Shown one piece after another: positions 14,608 through 26,941 of a stretch of 64,000 nucleotides of DNA (positions are counted from its first letter, which is position 1; every line of letters begins with the position of its first letter). The stretch is from Hyaloraphidium curvatum SAG 235-1 (lineage: Eukaryota; Fungi; Monoblepharomycota): the NCBI GenBank assembly GCA_025558095.1, contig JAIVFI010000034.1, positions 434,001-498,000 on the forward strand, in the 5' to 3' direction. Made by a program: the position numbers and the translations under genes. The notes beneath the pieces were generated by a model. It was not told the DNA's origin. It was given only the letters and a program-made list of their open reading frames with translations, and did no database searches.

Positions 14608-14766
14608 ACTGCCAGCGTGATGGTAGCCGGGGATGTACATTGCGCGCGTTCGGGCTCTAGATTCGGGTGGTCAGTGGACGACGGGGCTTTTGTGCGCGGT
14701 GCGAAATCAGCGGTCCGTCGCAAATCACCCAAAACACCACACACACCGGCGACCCCGCGGGCCAGC

Positions 14767-17700
14767 ATGGCGACCCCGCAGCCGCCGCCTTCGGGGCGCG
14801 TTGTGAGCGATCCCGCGCGCGGTCTCAACATGGTGCCGGTTGGGCCGGTGGGCGTGACGTGGCGGTCCGCAGCCAGGAAGCTCACCCGCGCCGCAGCCCG
14901 GCCTCCCGCCGACGCCCAAGCAGACGCCCGGCGCGCTGAGTGCGCACGCGCCCGCCCACGCGCCGGCGCAGCCGATCATGCCGCGGCTGCCACTGCCCGA
15001 CGCGCGGCCGCCCTCGGCTCCGCGCCGCGCCGATCTCGCACCGCGTCCCGACGGCGCGAACCCCGCGCAGGCAATGCAGCTCGCGCAGCGCAAGCAGCGG
15101 CAGGGGAGCGGGACCTCGCCCGCGCTGACTCGCGCCGCGCAGCTGGACGCGTCCTCGCGGCTGGTCGGCCCGGATCTGTCGGCCTCGGACGTGCTGCTCA
15201 TGCTCGTTGCGCGCAAGAGCGAGGAGGAAAAGATACGCAGCGCAAACGCCGAGGCGGTTTCGGATCGGGTGCGTTCGATCAGGGCTTCTATTATGCCAGC
15301 TGCTGACTGGCGATCGCCCCACAGGTGCACGAGTTCGAGGCCGAGCTGGCCAGGAAAGAGGGCAGGATCAGGGACCTGGAGCAGGAAAACAGCAGGATCT
15401 ACGGGGAGGTCAACGCCGTTTCCAACGCCGTCAAGTCGATCAACGACCGCCTCGTGGAGGAGCTCGAGCGCGCCGACGTGCTCGCGCAGGCGCACGCGCG
15501 CCTCGGCAAGGCCAGCGCCTCGGTCAAGGACAAGGCGGCGCAGTTCAAGGAGCGGCTCGAGCACCTGTCCGCCGGTGGGCCCCTTGGAAGCCTCCCTCGC
15601 CTGCCGATCTGACAGCCCTCCGCCCGAGCAGAGAAGGACCGCCTCAAGACCGAGCTCGACGCCGCCGCGGCGGAAAAGACCGCCCTCGCAGCCTCGATCA
15701 AGGAACTCACCGGCCACCTCGCGGCCCGCGACGAGGACCTCAAGGCACTGCAGGCCCAGGCCGGCTCGCACAAGGACGAAAAGGGTGGGCTTCCCGCCCG
15801 CCCGCGCCCGTCCTGCTTCCGACGCATTTCCTTCCCCAGCCACCTGGATGCAGGCCCAATCCCGCGTCGACGAAGCCCTGAAGCGGTCCGAGCAGGAATG
15901 CGCGGGGCTCAGGGACAAGGTGGCCGAACTCGAGGGGCGGCTCGCCAAGATGGGCGACGAGGCGAGGGAGGAGGCGGGCAAGCTGCAGCGGGCGCAGGAT
16001 GGACTCCGCCAGGCCGAGGCGAGGATCGAGGCCGAGGCCAGGAGGTTCGAGGAGAGGTGGGCCGGCGTGCCCCACAACGTGCGATCGGCTTATTGTGCGG
16101 GCAGCGCAAGGGAAGCCTCGCTCAAGCATGCCCAGGAGCTCGAGGCCGCCCAGGTGCGCGCGGATGCTGAGGCGGAGAAGCTGCAGTGCGAGCTGCGTGC
16201 GGCCAAGGAGGCGCTGGCCGACCGCGACGCGAGGTGGACTTCCATCGCGGTCCCCGACCGATGCATGCGCTGACCCGACGTCCAGGCTGCAAGAAGCCGA
16301 CGGATCCGCAAAGGACAAGCAGAAGCAGCTCGATGCCTTGGCGGGCGAGGTGTCGGCCCTGCAGAAGAAAGTCTCGGACGGCGAGGCCCGGATGCAGGAA
16401 CTCCAGGTACCACGGCCGCCGCCCGCTCCCCGCGATCGCTGACCTCTTCCCCGCCTCAGGCATCCCTCGACGCCGCCGCCTCCGCCCGCGCCCAATCCGA
16501 CCTCGAAGCCGCCCGCGTCGCCGAGCAGCTCAAGGAAAAGACCGACGAGAGCGCGGCGCTGATGCAGACCGTGCGCGCGGTCAAGGCCGAGGCCGAGAAG
16601 GCGCGGCAGGCGCTCGAGGGCATGGAGAGCGAGAAGGAACGGGCGTCGGGGGAGTCGCAGACCCGAGAGAGGGCGGTGGCGGAGAGGAGCGCAGCGCTGG
16701 AGGCCGAGGTGGGGCAGGAGAGGGCGGGGAAGGAGGCGGCGCTGGCGAAGGCGGTGGGTGTCCGAGGCGTCGAGGTCATGCGCGATACTGAGGGCCAACC
16801 GCAGAAAGAGCTCGAGGAAAAGCTCAAGCAGGCCGAGCAGGAGCTTTCCAACAAGGACGCCGAGGTGATCGGTGGCTTTTCATGGCTGTTTCCTGGCTAA
16901 CGCCCGTTCACAGCACGACAAGATCTTGCAGGCCAAGACCCGCGATATTGCCGAGCAGTGCAAAATCTTCGGGGAGAAGAACATGATCAATTTGAGTGGG
17001 TACTCCGGACAGGGCAACCCCCCGCCATCTCCTGACTGGTTGGTTTGATCAGCCAACAGCCTCAAGTCCAGGGAGCAGGAGCTCAAGGATGCGCTCGAAC
17101 GCGTCAAGGCCCTGGAGGGCGAGAAGACGTCGCTGGTGCAGGACAACGCCGCCAAGGCGCGGGAGCGCAACCACCTCAACAACGAGGTGCAACGGCTGAC
17201 GGCCGCCCTGCGCGCCGAGGTGCGGCGTCGTCCGTTGCTGTACTTTCCATGCTGATCGCAGGTGCCCGCCAGAAATCGAGGCCCCCTTCGCTGCAGGAGC
17301 GGTTTGTTGTCTCGCCGGCCGTGAACCCGGTCCGTTCCTTTGCCGACGTCAAGAGGGAGTCCGCGGGCGCGCCCGCCGAGGGCATGATGAAGCCGTCGCA
17401 GCTCGTGCAGCTCATCGAGGACGACTTCGTGGGTAGCTCGTCCGCCGCTCGGAATGCAGCTGACCCGGATGGATCCCAGACGCCTACGGAGACCCCCAGC
17501 CGCAAGCAGAACAACGGCCGTCCGGCGAAGCAGGACGCACCGAACCCGCAGATCCAGCTCGACGCCGAAGACGGCCCGGAGGAGGAGATCCACGGCGACG
17601 AGTATGATCCCCCGGTCGAGAAGCCCGCCCCCAGGGGAGGCAAAGTGGGCGATCCTTGCAGGCATTGCCATCATTGTGTGGCTGACCACAATTTGCAGCG

Positions 17701-17976
17701 CGGTGCCAAGGCGGGAGCCGGGTCCGGCAAGCCGAACATCCGCGTGACCAAGGTCGCCAAACCCGCCGAGGCCGCCGCGCGCCCCAACGGCAAGGCCGGC
17801 GCCAGGAAGCGCACCCTGGAGGTCGGCGACAGGGATGACGACATTGTCGACACCCAGGATGCGGCCCTGCGCAGGACCAAGGCGCCCAAGACCTACCACG
17901 TGGGTTCCCAGTGGCCGAGGCGTCGACCGACACTGATCATGTCCCGTCCCAGGCCAAGAGGCGGGCCGGCGCATAG
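14767..17976 (+). CDS. Large multi-exon coiled-coil protein with basic disordered tail
   Basis: Successive E/K/A/L-rich heptad exons (HEFEAELARKEGRIRDLEQE...; LEGRLAKMGDEAREEAGKLQ...) joined by many ~50-nt introns; ends ...AKRRAGA*. Boundaries approximate. Confidence 0.6.
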
Positions 17977-18184
17977 GCAACGGCATCCAGAAAAGGCGAC
18001 TGTGGCCATCTGAATCGCATAGCACTCACTTATTTGGACATGGTTGATGTAACTTGACACCAACGTGAATTACTTACTTAGACCCAAAACCCCTCAGTCG
18101 GACTCGAGCGCGGAAAAGAAGCACATCCAACAGTCACATTAAACCTCGATTCCAGCATCCTGACATGTCCTCTACCCTGCTTTA

Positions 18185-18909
18185 TCAGAACCGGCTCTTG
18201 CCGCGCTGGTAGCCCCCGTCGTCTCCGACGGTGGGCACCTCCTCGTCGTCCAGATCAAATAGCTCCACGTACGCGCTGCCGTTGGCGCCGATGCCCTCGG
18301 ATATGGCCCCGTTCGTGGTCGAGAGCGCGTCCTGCCATTCCGCCATGCGCCGCTGCCTGCGCTGCCGTGCCCGGTATCCGAGGCCTGCAAATGAAAAGAC
18401 CGCTTAGACTGCGGAAACCACCGGGAAGAAACAATAGTCTCACATGCAAATAAGAGGACGGCGGACAGAACGGCCAGGAAAATGCCAAAGATGGCGCCAC
18501 CGCTGAGTCCTCCCTCGCTCGATACGGGAGGAATGACGCTTGTCGGAGACACGGTGGGAACGACCGTGGTAGTCGTGGCAGCAGTTGTCAAACTAGGAAT
18601 TGCGGACGAGACCGCAGTAGTCCGCTCAGTGGTCTGCGTGCTAGCGAAAGGAGTGGTCGTCGACGCCAGTGCCGATGTCGTCGCAACCAAAGAGGAGGAA
18701 ACAAAGCTCGAGGTCGCCTCGGCAGCCTCGGTAGTAGTCTGAGCCAGCGAAGTGGTTTCCAGCACCTCGGTCGTTTCGGCCGCTGCAGATGTTGGCGACG
18801 CAACCACGCCAGAGCTGGTGGCCGTGACCTCGGCCGTCGAGGCCAGTTCGTCCGAGGCCGTCGCCGACGGCGTCGATTCCAGAGACAGAGAGCTCGATGC
18901 CGCAGCCAT
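18185..18909 (-). CDS. Ser/Thr-rich single-pass membrane protein (Mid2/Wsc sensor-like architecture)
   Basis: Long S/T/A stalk, GLSGGAIFGIFLAVLSAVLLF transmembrane helix, then after an intron a basic stop-transfer (RARQRRQRR) and acidic tail. Confidence 0.65.
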
Positions 18910-18960
18910 TCTCGCAGAAAGACGGCGGCCAAGAAAGATAAACAACAACTCAGATGAAGG

Positions 18961-20301
18961 ATGCCGGCAATGTGGCTGGTGATCGAAGGTGCCGGCGACG
19001 ACCAGTCTAGGCGGGCGTCCAACAATGGCTTCGGCGGAAAAGGCCGGTTCCGGCGTCGGACCGACAGTATGGACGCTGCTCGTGAGTCTGTCGCTGTGTC
19101 GGGGCAGGAGCGGCCGGATCCTGAGCTCCTCTCCACCCCCCGTTGCGTCCGTCCCGAACCGTCACAACAGTACTTCCTCGTGAATCTCGGTGGGTCTCCG
19201 GCTATGCTTCTCTTCCAACGGACGGCCTGGAATTCATGCGCCCGTACCCGCTTTCCAGGTATAACGATCCACAACAAGGTCGTCCTGGCCACGCTCGGGT
19301 TCCGGTTCCCGTGGCTCCTCACGGCCGTGCACTCGGCCACGACCTTCATGGGGGCGATCAGCCTGATCCCGCTCGGCGTGTTCCAGCCCAGCAACAAGCT
19401 GACGACCGCGGACCAGGTGACGCTGGCGGGCTTCTCGGTCCTGTACACCGTCAACATCGCCGTCTCCAACATTTCGCTGGGGATGGTGTCGCTGCCTTTC
19501 CACCAGATCGTGCGTGCCATGGGTCCGGCTGTGACGGTGATCCTTGAGCTCCTGGTGTACGGCAAGTCGAGGTCGCGGAGGGTGTACTTGACGCTCGTGC
19601 CCGTCTGCTTGGGCGTAGCGCTGAGCAGCGCCGGCGACCTGGAGTTCACCTGGATGGGGGCCGCCATGACCGTTTTTGGCGTCATTCTGGCCTGCTGGAA
19701 GCAGCTGGTCACCAACCAGCTCCTTGTCGGCCCGCTGAAGCTCCACCCGCTGGACCTGCTCTGGCGCATGTCCCTCCTGAGCGCCATCCAGTGCGCGGCC
19801 ATCTCGCAGCTCAACGGCGAGACCCAGCGTCTGACCGGCTACATGGACAAGCTCTCGTCGGGCGGCATGCCTTTCGACTGGAGCACCTTCACGTTCCACA
19901 TGACCACAAACGCCGTGCTGGCCTTCCTCATCAACTACGTTTCGTTCGCGGCGGCTGCGATCATCGGTCCTTTGGCTATCTCAGTCGCGGCAAACGTGAA
20001 GCAAGTCATGGTTATCATCCTCTCCATTTTCATGTTCGGCTTCCGCATGACCCCGCTGAACGCTATTGGCGTGCCCGTCACCCTGCTGGGCGGAATGCTG
20101 TACTCGCGCGAATCCGCGGCCGAGAAGGCTGCTGCTGCTGCTGGGGCACCGGCGGCCGCAAAGCCGGCGGCCGTCGCAGAGAAAGCGGAGGCTGTTGGCC
20201 CCACCCCGACCATTGAAGAGCCTACACCGACCACGAACGGGAGCGCAAGTCCCGGCAGAGTTCTGAGGTCAACCCCGAGAAGGGCAGCTAGGAAGGACTA
20301 A
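18961..20301 (+). CDS. Triose-phosphate/nucleotide-sugar transporter family (TPT/SLC35E-like)
   Basis: NKVVL...FRFPWLLTAVH, NIAVSNISLGMVSLPFHQIVRA, LKLHPLDLL, VAANVKQ, multiple hydrophobic helices; start codon uncertain (18961 or 19069); intron near 19190-19258. Confidence 0.88.
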   Translation: MPAMWLVIEGAGDDQSRRASNNGFGGKGRFRRRTDSMDAARESVAVSGQERPDPELLSTPRCVRPEPSQQYFLVNLGGSPAMLLFQRTAWNSCARTRFPGITIHNKVVLATLGFRFPWLLTAVHSATTFMGAISLIPLGVFQPSNKLTTADQVTLAGFSVLYTVNIAVSNISLGMVSLPFHQIVRAMGPAVTVILELLVYGKSRSRRVYLTLVPVCLGVALSSAGDLEFTWMGAAMTVFGVILACWKQLVTNQLLVGPLKLHPLDLLWRMSLLSAIQCAAISQLNGETQRLTGYMDKLSSGGMPFDWSTFTFHMTTNAVLAFLINYVSFAAAAIIGPLAISVAANVKQVMVIILSIFMFGFRMTPLNAIGVPVTLLGGMLYSRESAAEKAAAAAGAPAAAKPAAVAEKAEAVGPTPTIEEPTPTTNGSASPGRVLRSTPRRAARKD

Positions 20302-20348
20302 TCAGAGTTTTGAATTGTAGTTGCTCGTTACATGGGTATCAAGAAGAA

Positions 20349-21374
20349 TCACTCCTCGTCCATTTCGACCTCCGTCCCTGGCGGTGCTGGCTCCGCCGAC
20401 CGAGCGTCCGGAATGGCCCCGCGTTTGAGCTGGGCCTCCAGAGCTATGACCTCCTCCATGCTCTTCGCGTTGGCGATCGCCTCGCGGATCCGCGCCGCCT
20501 CCTCCGGCGACGGCCCCTGGTACGGTCTGGCCTCCTTCTTCTCCACCTCCTTGATTCCCTCTCCCGGCTAGGCGACGTGGGCGTTAGCTTTGGAGCACCA
20601 CGAATGTCGGCCAACGTTGCCGCCCACCTCGAACACCTTCGCCTTTTGCTCCGAAAGGCTGTGGTAAAGCGCCTTCCCCTTCGCACCCGAAAACATTTTC
20701 CGCGCCTCTGCCCGCTCCTGCTCGAGGCGCTTAGCACTTAAAGAGTCGTCGGCTGGGATTGCGTGTTCCCACCTTCTCCCCGACCTTCTTGAAATCCAAT
20801 ACCCGCAGCCCCGGACACCGCGCAATCACATACAACCGGTAGTACTTCTTCCCCAGAACCGGATTGTCCATCAGGCTGAGGGAGTGCAGCTCCTTGCACC
20901 CCTCGAGCACGTCCACGTCCCCGAGCTCAGAGATTTGGTTGTTGGTCAGGATGAGGGTCTGCAGGTGCGGGAGGTACTTTGGGAGGTCCGGATCGATCTT
21001 CTGTATCCGGTTGTTGGCACACAGGAGGTGCTTCAGGCGGGTCATGGGCGGGAATCCGTCCAGGCGCCGCAGGTCATTGTCCGTCAAGTCCAGCGTGTCG
21101 TTCAGGTCCTGCGCGTTCCGCGGCGTCAGGGGAGCCGCGACGGCGCCGACAACGTGGAAAACACCTTCGTAATAGCCAAATTCTCCAGTTTTGGTGCCCG
21201 GAGACCTGCAGCAGCCGCGATGCCGGGCAGCAGAGGACGCCGGCGAGAACGCTAAGAAGACACGCTCCGGAGGACGGAGCCGCGAGGCCCACCTCGAAAG
21301 CTCAGCTCCCGGTCCTTGACGGCATTTATGTAGCTCGGAGACCCCGCGATGACGTCCGCTGTCAACTTGACCAT
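20349..21374 (-). CDS. LEA1: U2 snRNP protein A'
   Basis: MVKLTADVI...YINAVKDRELSFRG, LRRs (LDLTDNDLRRLDGFP; LILTNNQI), YRLYVIARCPGLRVLDFKKV, C-terminal IREAIANAKSMEEV; four introns. Confidence 0.93.
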
Positions 21375-21525
21375 TTTGGCTGTTGGCGTTGGGGCCGGCG
21401 CGGTGACGATTGCTGGCGCCCCGATCCCGCCGCCCTCGCCGGACTCGATTTAGTACGCCCGGGCCGCCTAGGCCGCGGCCGAGTCGCTGCAGCCTCCGCC
21501 ACGCAGTGCGCGGGTGCCGGCGGCC

Positions 21526-24500
21526 ATGATTCGGCGCGTGTCGCGGACGCGCGTGTCGTACGTCGTTCAGGAGGACTACTCGGAGTACAACACGCAGCAC
21601 CACGCGCCGGTGCAGGCGCTGGCGCTCGATGACGTGTCGGCCGGGCCGTCGGGCTCGCGCGGCGGCATCCTCTACTCGGGCGGCCGCGATGGCGCCGTCA
21701 ACAGTTGGGACTGCAACCTTGCGCTCGAGTACACGCCGCCCGCGCCGCCGGCAGCCGCTGCGAAGCCGGGATCGCGCGTGCCGAGCGTGTCGTTCACGCC
21801 CCGGGGACACCGCTACACGCTCTCCAGCTCGTCGTCGCAGCTGCAGGCGTTCCGGCAGGGGCACGCCCGGGGTTCCAGCACCGGCGCCGACGTTGCGCCT
21901 ACGATCGCGTTCCCAGCCGATCTGAGCCGGACGGGCTCCGATGCTCTGGAGCCCCCGTCGTCGGAGGCAAGGCCGCTCCAGGCGCGGACTGGGAAGCCCC
22001 CGCAGCTCCAATCGCCCGTGTCGAACCGGGCATTTTCCATCTCGTCGGCGAACGCCATTTCGATACCGGGAATCGCGCTCGAGACTCGGCGGCGGCGCTA
22101 TACTCCCGAGAAGACGACGCATCGGACGAGCTATTTGGGGCACAGCGACTGGGTGAACGACGTTGTGCTGGTCGACGGCAACCGCTCTCGTGGGTTCCGA
22201 AGGTTCGCTGCGGCCTGAAGCGTTCTCATGACTCTTTGTTGCAGTCGTATCTGGCTCCTCGGATCGCACGCTGCTGCTGTGGCCTTGCCATTCTCCCTCG
22301 TTTCCGAATCCTGATCCAACATGGACTCCCACCCCGTCGGCGATCGGGTGCCACTCGGACTATGTGCGCACGATCTGCTACTCTCAACAGCAGAACTGGA
22401 TCGCTTCGGGAGGATTGGATCGCCGAATTTGCATCTGGGATTTGGGCGAGGGACGCAAGGACCCGCTCAAGAGCATGTGGGGCGTTCCTTTGCCTTCGGA
22501 GGCGGCCAGCGGTGAGTTCGTTCACGGTTTGCGGCGCTTCGCTTTCTGACACCAATATCCTTGCCAGCGATTTTCACGGACCAGCCCGCGCACTCCATTT
22601 ACACCCTTGCCACGCCGCCTTCGGGATCCATCCTCGTTTCCGGCTCCCCCGAGAGGGTTGTCCGGGTTTGGGATCCTCGCTCCCCAAACACCCGCCACGT
22701 GCTCAAGCTCAACGGGCACACCGACAACGTTCGGTCCGTCCTGGTTTCCGCGGACGGGAAATGGGTCCTGTCGGCTTCGTCGGACGCGACGGTGAAGCTC
22801 TGGTCCTTGGCCCAGCCGGCACGGTGTGCGGTCACGTACACGCACTTCTCCGACTCGGTCTGGACCCTGTATTCGTCGCATCCGGACCTGGAGACCTTTT
22901 GGACGGGCGGGAAGGACGGCATGGTCTGCAAAGTGAACCGGAATCCGCCGGGACGTGGGCTCGACAGCGAAGTCGAGGAGGTCGGCGACGTCGTGGTGGT
23001 CTGCCGGGAGAAAGGAGGGATCAACAAGGTCAGCCCTGGCTTTGCCGAAAGGCACGATGGCATCCTCATTTGTTTTTCCAGATCGTTGCGATCGACGACC
23101 TATACGTGTTCACGGCCGTCACCAACTCGTCCAGCATCCACCGTTGGAAGGATGTCCCTCTGCGGTCTGCAGAGCCTGCATTCATCGCGACTGCCGGCTT
23201 GGTTTCATCCCCGTCTTCGGAAACGCCCCTGCTTACCCCGGCGTCCCCGAGTATACCGCCTCCCGCCTCGACGAGCAGCACGCCGCAACTTGTCGTGCCA
23301 GGCACCACCTCCTCCGCGCCGCTCGCCGGCGATGCCTCCGAACTCTGGGAACCAGTGCCGATCCCTGTTTTGGCCGTGCTGCGGCCGGCATCCAGCTCGC
23401 TGGCCCTGGCATCTTTCATGCCCGCGGTCGACGCGCTTTCTTACCGCGCAGGATCGAGCGGCCGTGGCTTTCGAGCAAACAGCATGTCCGGCACTGCACC
23501 CGATGGGACTCTATCCGAGGCGCTCCTGGAGGGGGATGCCAAATCGGCCCTCGTGTTCGAAGCCGACTCGGATTCCGACGACGAGGCGGGGTCAGAGCCT
23601 GTCTGGAAGGAACCCGAGGAGACGATTCTCGGGAAGGTCGGGATCGTCAACATTTTCCTGTGCAACGACAAGCGCCGGGTGATTAGCGAGGATGCGGACG
23701 GCGTCGTGAGCATGTGGGACATCGTCAGGGTGAGTTGGTGCCTGTGGCCGCAAGAAACCATAGTCTCACGAACGGTACGACCAGTGCAAGAAGATCCGAT
23801 CCTGGCATCCGGAGGCGTCGCCTTCGGCACCGTCAAAAACCGCTTCGCAGTCCGTCTTCCTCTCCGAGGACACCGGCATCAAATCCAAGAATCCGCTGTT
23901 CCAGCAAGTGGTCGCTCAGGAGAACACGTTTGATTTCGCCGGAACTTGGTGTTCGTTGGACAACAAGACAGGCGCGATCACCGTCCACCTCGAGGAGAAC
24001 AGGTGCTTCGACGCCGAGGCGTACTGGGACGAACTTGTTCCTCCCCCCGTCCCGGAGTCGAAGGAGGAAACCCGAGGTGTGTTTCTTCGTGTGTCTCCGC
24101 ATGCGAGCGTAGCTAAACCTTCCTTCAACAGTGAACATCGGCAAATGGGTGCTTGCATACGTTTTCCAGAACTTTCGTCACGGGTGCCTCTTCCCGAATC
24201 TTCCGAGACCGGTGCAGCCGCGCTTGCCGACCTCGCTCGCGATCGACTTTGCGGAGGACGACCAGTCGGAAGCATCCGGCGCCGGTGGATCCACCACGTT
24301 CGACGGCAGTTCGGTCGCGAGCTTCAACGTTGCGCCGAGCGAGGGGGCTTTGACGGCTGCGCGGAGTGCATCTGAGGCTCAGACAAATGGCGGCACCACC
24401 GCCATGCCCACTTCCATTTTCCCGCAGCAGAAGCCGGCGGTGGCTTCTGGCAGCAAGGCCGGCGGATCTCCGTCGCCTTCTGCTTTGGCCGTGGACGTTT

Positions 24501-25421
24501 CCGAAAGTGTTGCTGTGCAGCAATCGCAAGGCGCCGCGGGGCCGAGCGGAAGCGCGCAGTCTCCGCACAGCCCGCACGGCAGCTTCATGGATCGACTGAA
24601 GCTGCACATGCGCCGCCGGACGACCTCGACGCAGGACAAAGACGGACGATCGTCCAAGCGGTCGTCCAAGGTGCCCACCGACGGTGTGCCGTCCGACCAA
24701 AGCCAGGATGGTTCGGTCGAAACTCCCGCCGAGCCTCAACATCCGAGCGACGTCAACTATCGCGACACTCCGCCCCTCGAACTTCCTCCGGACGTCCCCG
24801 TGATTGTCTCCGTGGAGGAGAGCAACGAAGCGTCTTCCTTCTTGGACCTGTACCGCGGCACCATATGTTCCATGGGCAACCTCGACGAAGTGGAGCGGCT
24901 GAAGCAGGTCATTCCGACCTGGGTCTACGAGTTCACGGTTGAGGGCAAGGCGAACGTCAAGGAAGCGCAGAAGATGAGCTTCCAGCTGTTTGCGTATCCG
25001 GATTGCGGGTTGCCGGAACTGCCTAGCGGGTGCGTGTTCCGTTGACATCCTGGACTCCCCGTTTTCTCATCCTCTTATAGGAACAATCGTTTGTCGGCCA
25101 ACCGAATGCTCCGCATTCGCAAGCTCCTTTCGTACATCGTAGAGAAGCTTGACCTCGATCCGCTCAATCCCCGGAGTATCGCTTCCAAGTTTGTCCCCGT
25201 TTCGGAGCGTGTTCAGGGGATGAAGCCTGAGGCCTGGCTGGAGCTGTGGCTTGGAGACAGAGTGAGTGAATATGTGCGAAAGCGTTGCTCGCTGAGTAGT
25301 GACCCTGGTATGATCCATCCAGCCATTGTCTGCACGGACGACGTTGGCTACGGTGCGGAACTTTTTCTGGAAACAAGGTGGACAGGACGTGATACTGCAC
25401 TACCGTCCGATCAAGCGATGA
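21526..25421 (+). CDS. WDR48: WD40 protein WDR48/UAF1 (Duf1/Bun62-like deubiquitinase cofactor)
   Basis: RVSYVV, LYSGGRDG, HSDWVNDV, HSDYVRTI, VSGSPERVVRVWDPR, GHTDNVR, NIGKWVL, LSANRMLRIRKLLSYI, TLATVRNFFWK..ILHYR; many introns. Confidence 0.9.
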
Positions 25422-25515
25422 TGGATCGGCTGCTTATTGAAGACCTGGCTTGTTGCGTGTTTGTAACGGGTGAGATACATGGTTCGGAGAAGCGTATTTT
25501 TGAAAGCTGCGATGG

Positions 25516-26826
25516 TCAAGGCAGGCCTGCACCGGGCACGTCCACACGGGCGATCTCGATCCTCCCCTCCCGTGCCGCCTTGCGGTTGTCCGAATCCGAG
25601 TCCGGAGCGGTAACGCAGTAGAGTGTCTTGCGGTCCTCGCCGCCGAGCATGCATGCGAAGGCATTCTGGCTGGTTTGAACCTTGGCAAGAATCTCGCCTC
25701 CCTCCTTGAACCGCACCACGGAAGGCTCAAACGGGTTTGCCACCCAGACGGCTAGAAGGAGGCACGGGGAGTCGGGAATGGTGCTTCGGGAGCGATTCAA
25801 GCTCGGCTCCTACCTCCTTCCGCATCCAGGCAGCTGCCGTCGCAAGGGACGCCCGGTGTGGGTGCCCAGATGCGACGGTTCGAAAGGTCACCATCCGGAC
25901 CAATGTCGAAAGCCGTAAGCCTCATTCCGAGTGTCTCTCCGACCTTGCGTACATGTGTCGTTGGCGGTTGAGTTAAGCGAATTTGGGACAAGTATTCAAT
26001 TTCAGTAACGGCAAGAACGCTTGCCGCCATAAAGCTCACGATGAGAGTCTTGCCATCGGGCGTGATCTGGCTGCCATTGGGGAAAAGCATGTCGGGGCTT
26101 GCAACAGAGACTTTCCCGGCGGGTGAAACCTTGATGAGATTCGCGGGGGTCGGGTTGCTCAGGACCGCTTCGACGCCCTTCTCCCGCATTTCATGGTGCA
26201 AGTCGAAGCCTGAAAAATCGAGAGGTGAGAGAGTTGATGCGCGGCTTGCCTGTCGAGAAAACGCACCAAAGTTGCCAACGTACGCCACCCCAGAGCTCGA
26301 AACTACCATGTCGTTGCAGTAGAACCCAGCAAGATCCTTCAGATCCGCGTATTCCTTCAGCTTGCCGTCGTGCTCTCGCACCAAGAGCTTGCGAGCAGTC
26401 ATCGCAACGATCAGCATGCGTCCATCCGGCAGCCAGCCGAGACCAGAGGGCTGTTCCTTGTCGGGCAACTCGACGTACACCTCAGCCTTGTTGGTCTCGG
26501 GATCCAGGACCTTCACTTGGTGAACTGCCCGAACACGGAAGACGTCAGTAGCCTCCTCGACAAGCAGCAATGCTCTAGTTACCATAGAAATCCGAATAGT
26601 ACAGCTTCCCATCGTGCCACCGCGGCCCTTCGCCGAAAGAGAGCCCTTCCACGACAACCTCGCCTGGATAGTTGGATGGGAGACGTTGCGTTCGCGGATG
26701 GGAGACGTGGCGTTCGCGGCGGAGGTTCGTTCGTTCAAGGCCGCGAGACACGATGCACGACGGCAATGCATCAGAAAGAGCAAAATGCAGTTCAAACTCG
26801 CGCTTACTCTTGTAAGTTTTCGCCAT
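25516..26826 (-). CDS. SMP-30/gluconolactonase/LRE family beta-propeller
   Basis: GLSFGEGPRWHDG, PSGLGWLPDG, CNDMVV, FPNGSQITPDG, CDGSCLDAEG, ACMLGGEDRKTLYC; exon 1 MAKTYK; about five introns. Confidence 0.9.
26674..26717. repeat. Two-copy 22-bp tandem duplication in SMP-30 intron 1
   Basis: GGATGGGAGACGTTGCGTTCGC followed by GGATGGGAGACGTGGCGTTCGC (1 mismatch). Confidence 0.85.
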
Positions 26827-26941
26827 CCTGCTATTCGGGGGTATGGTTTCGGCGTCGTTGGCGCGCCGCGACCCGGCTGCGAAACGTCACCCACCACCAC
26901 CTCTTCTGCCTCTCCCGCGCCGCACGGCGTCATCGTGTCCC

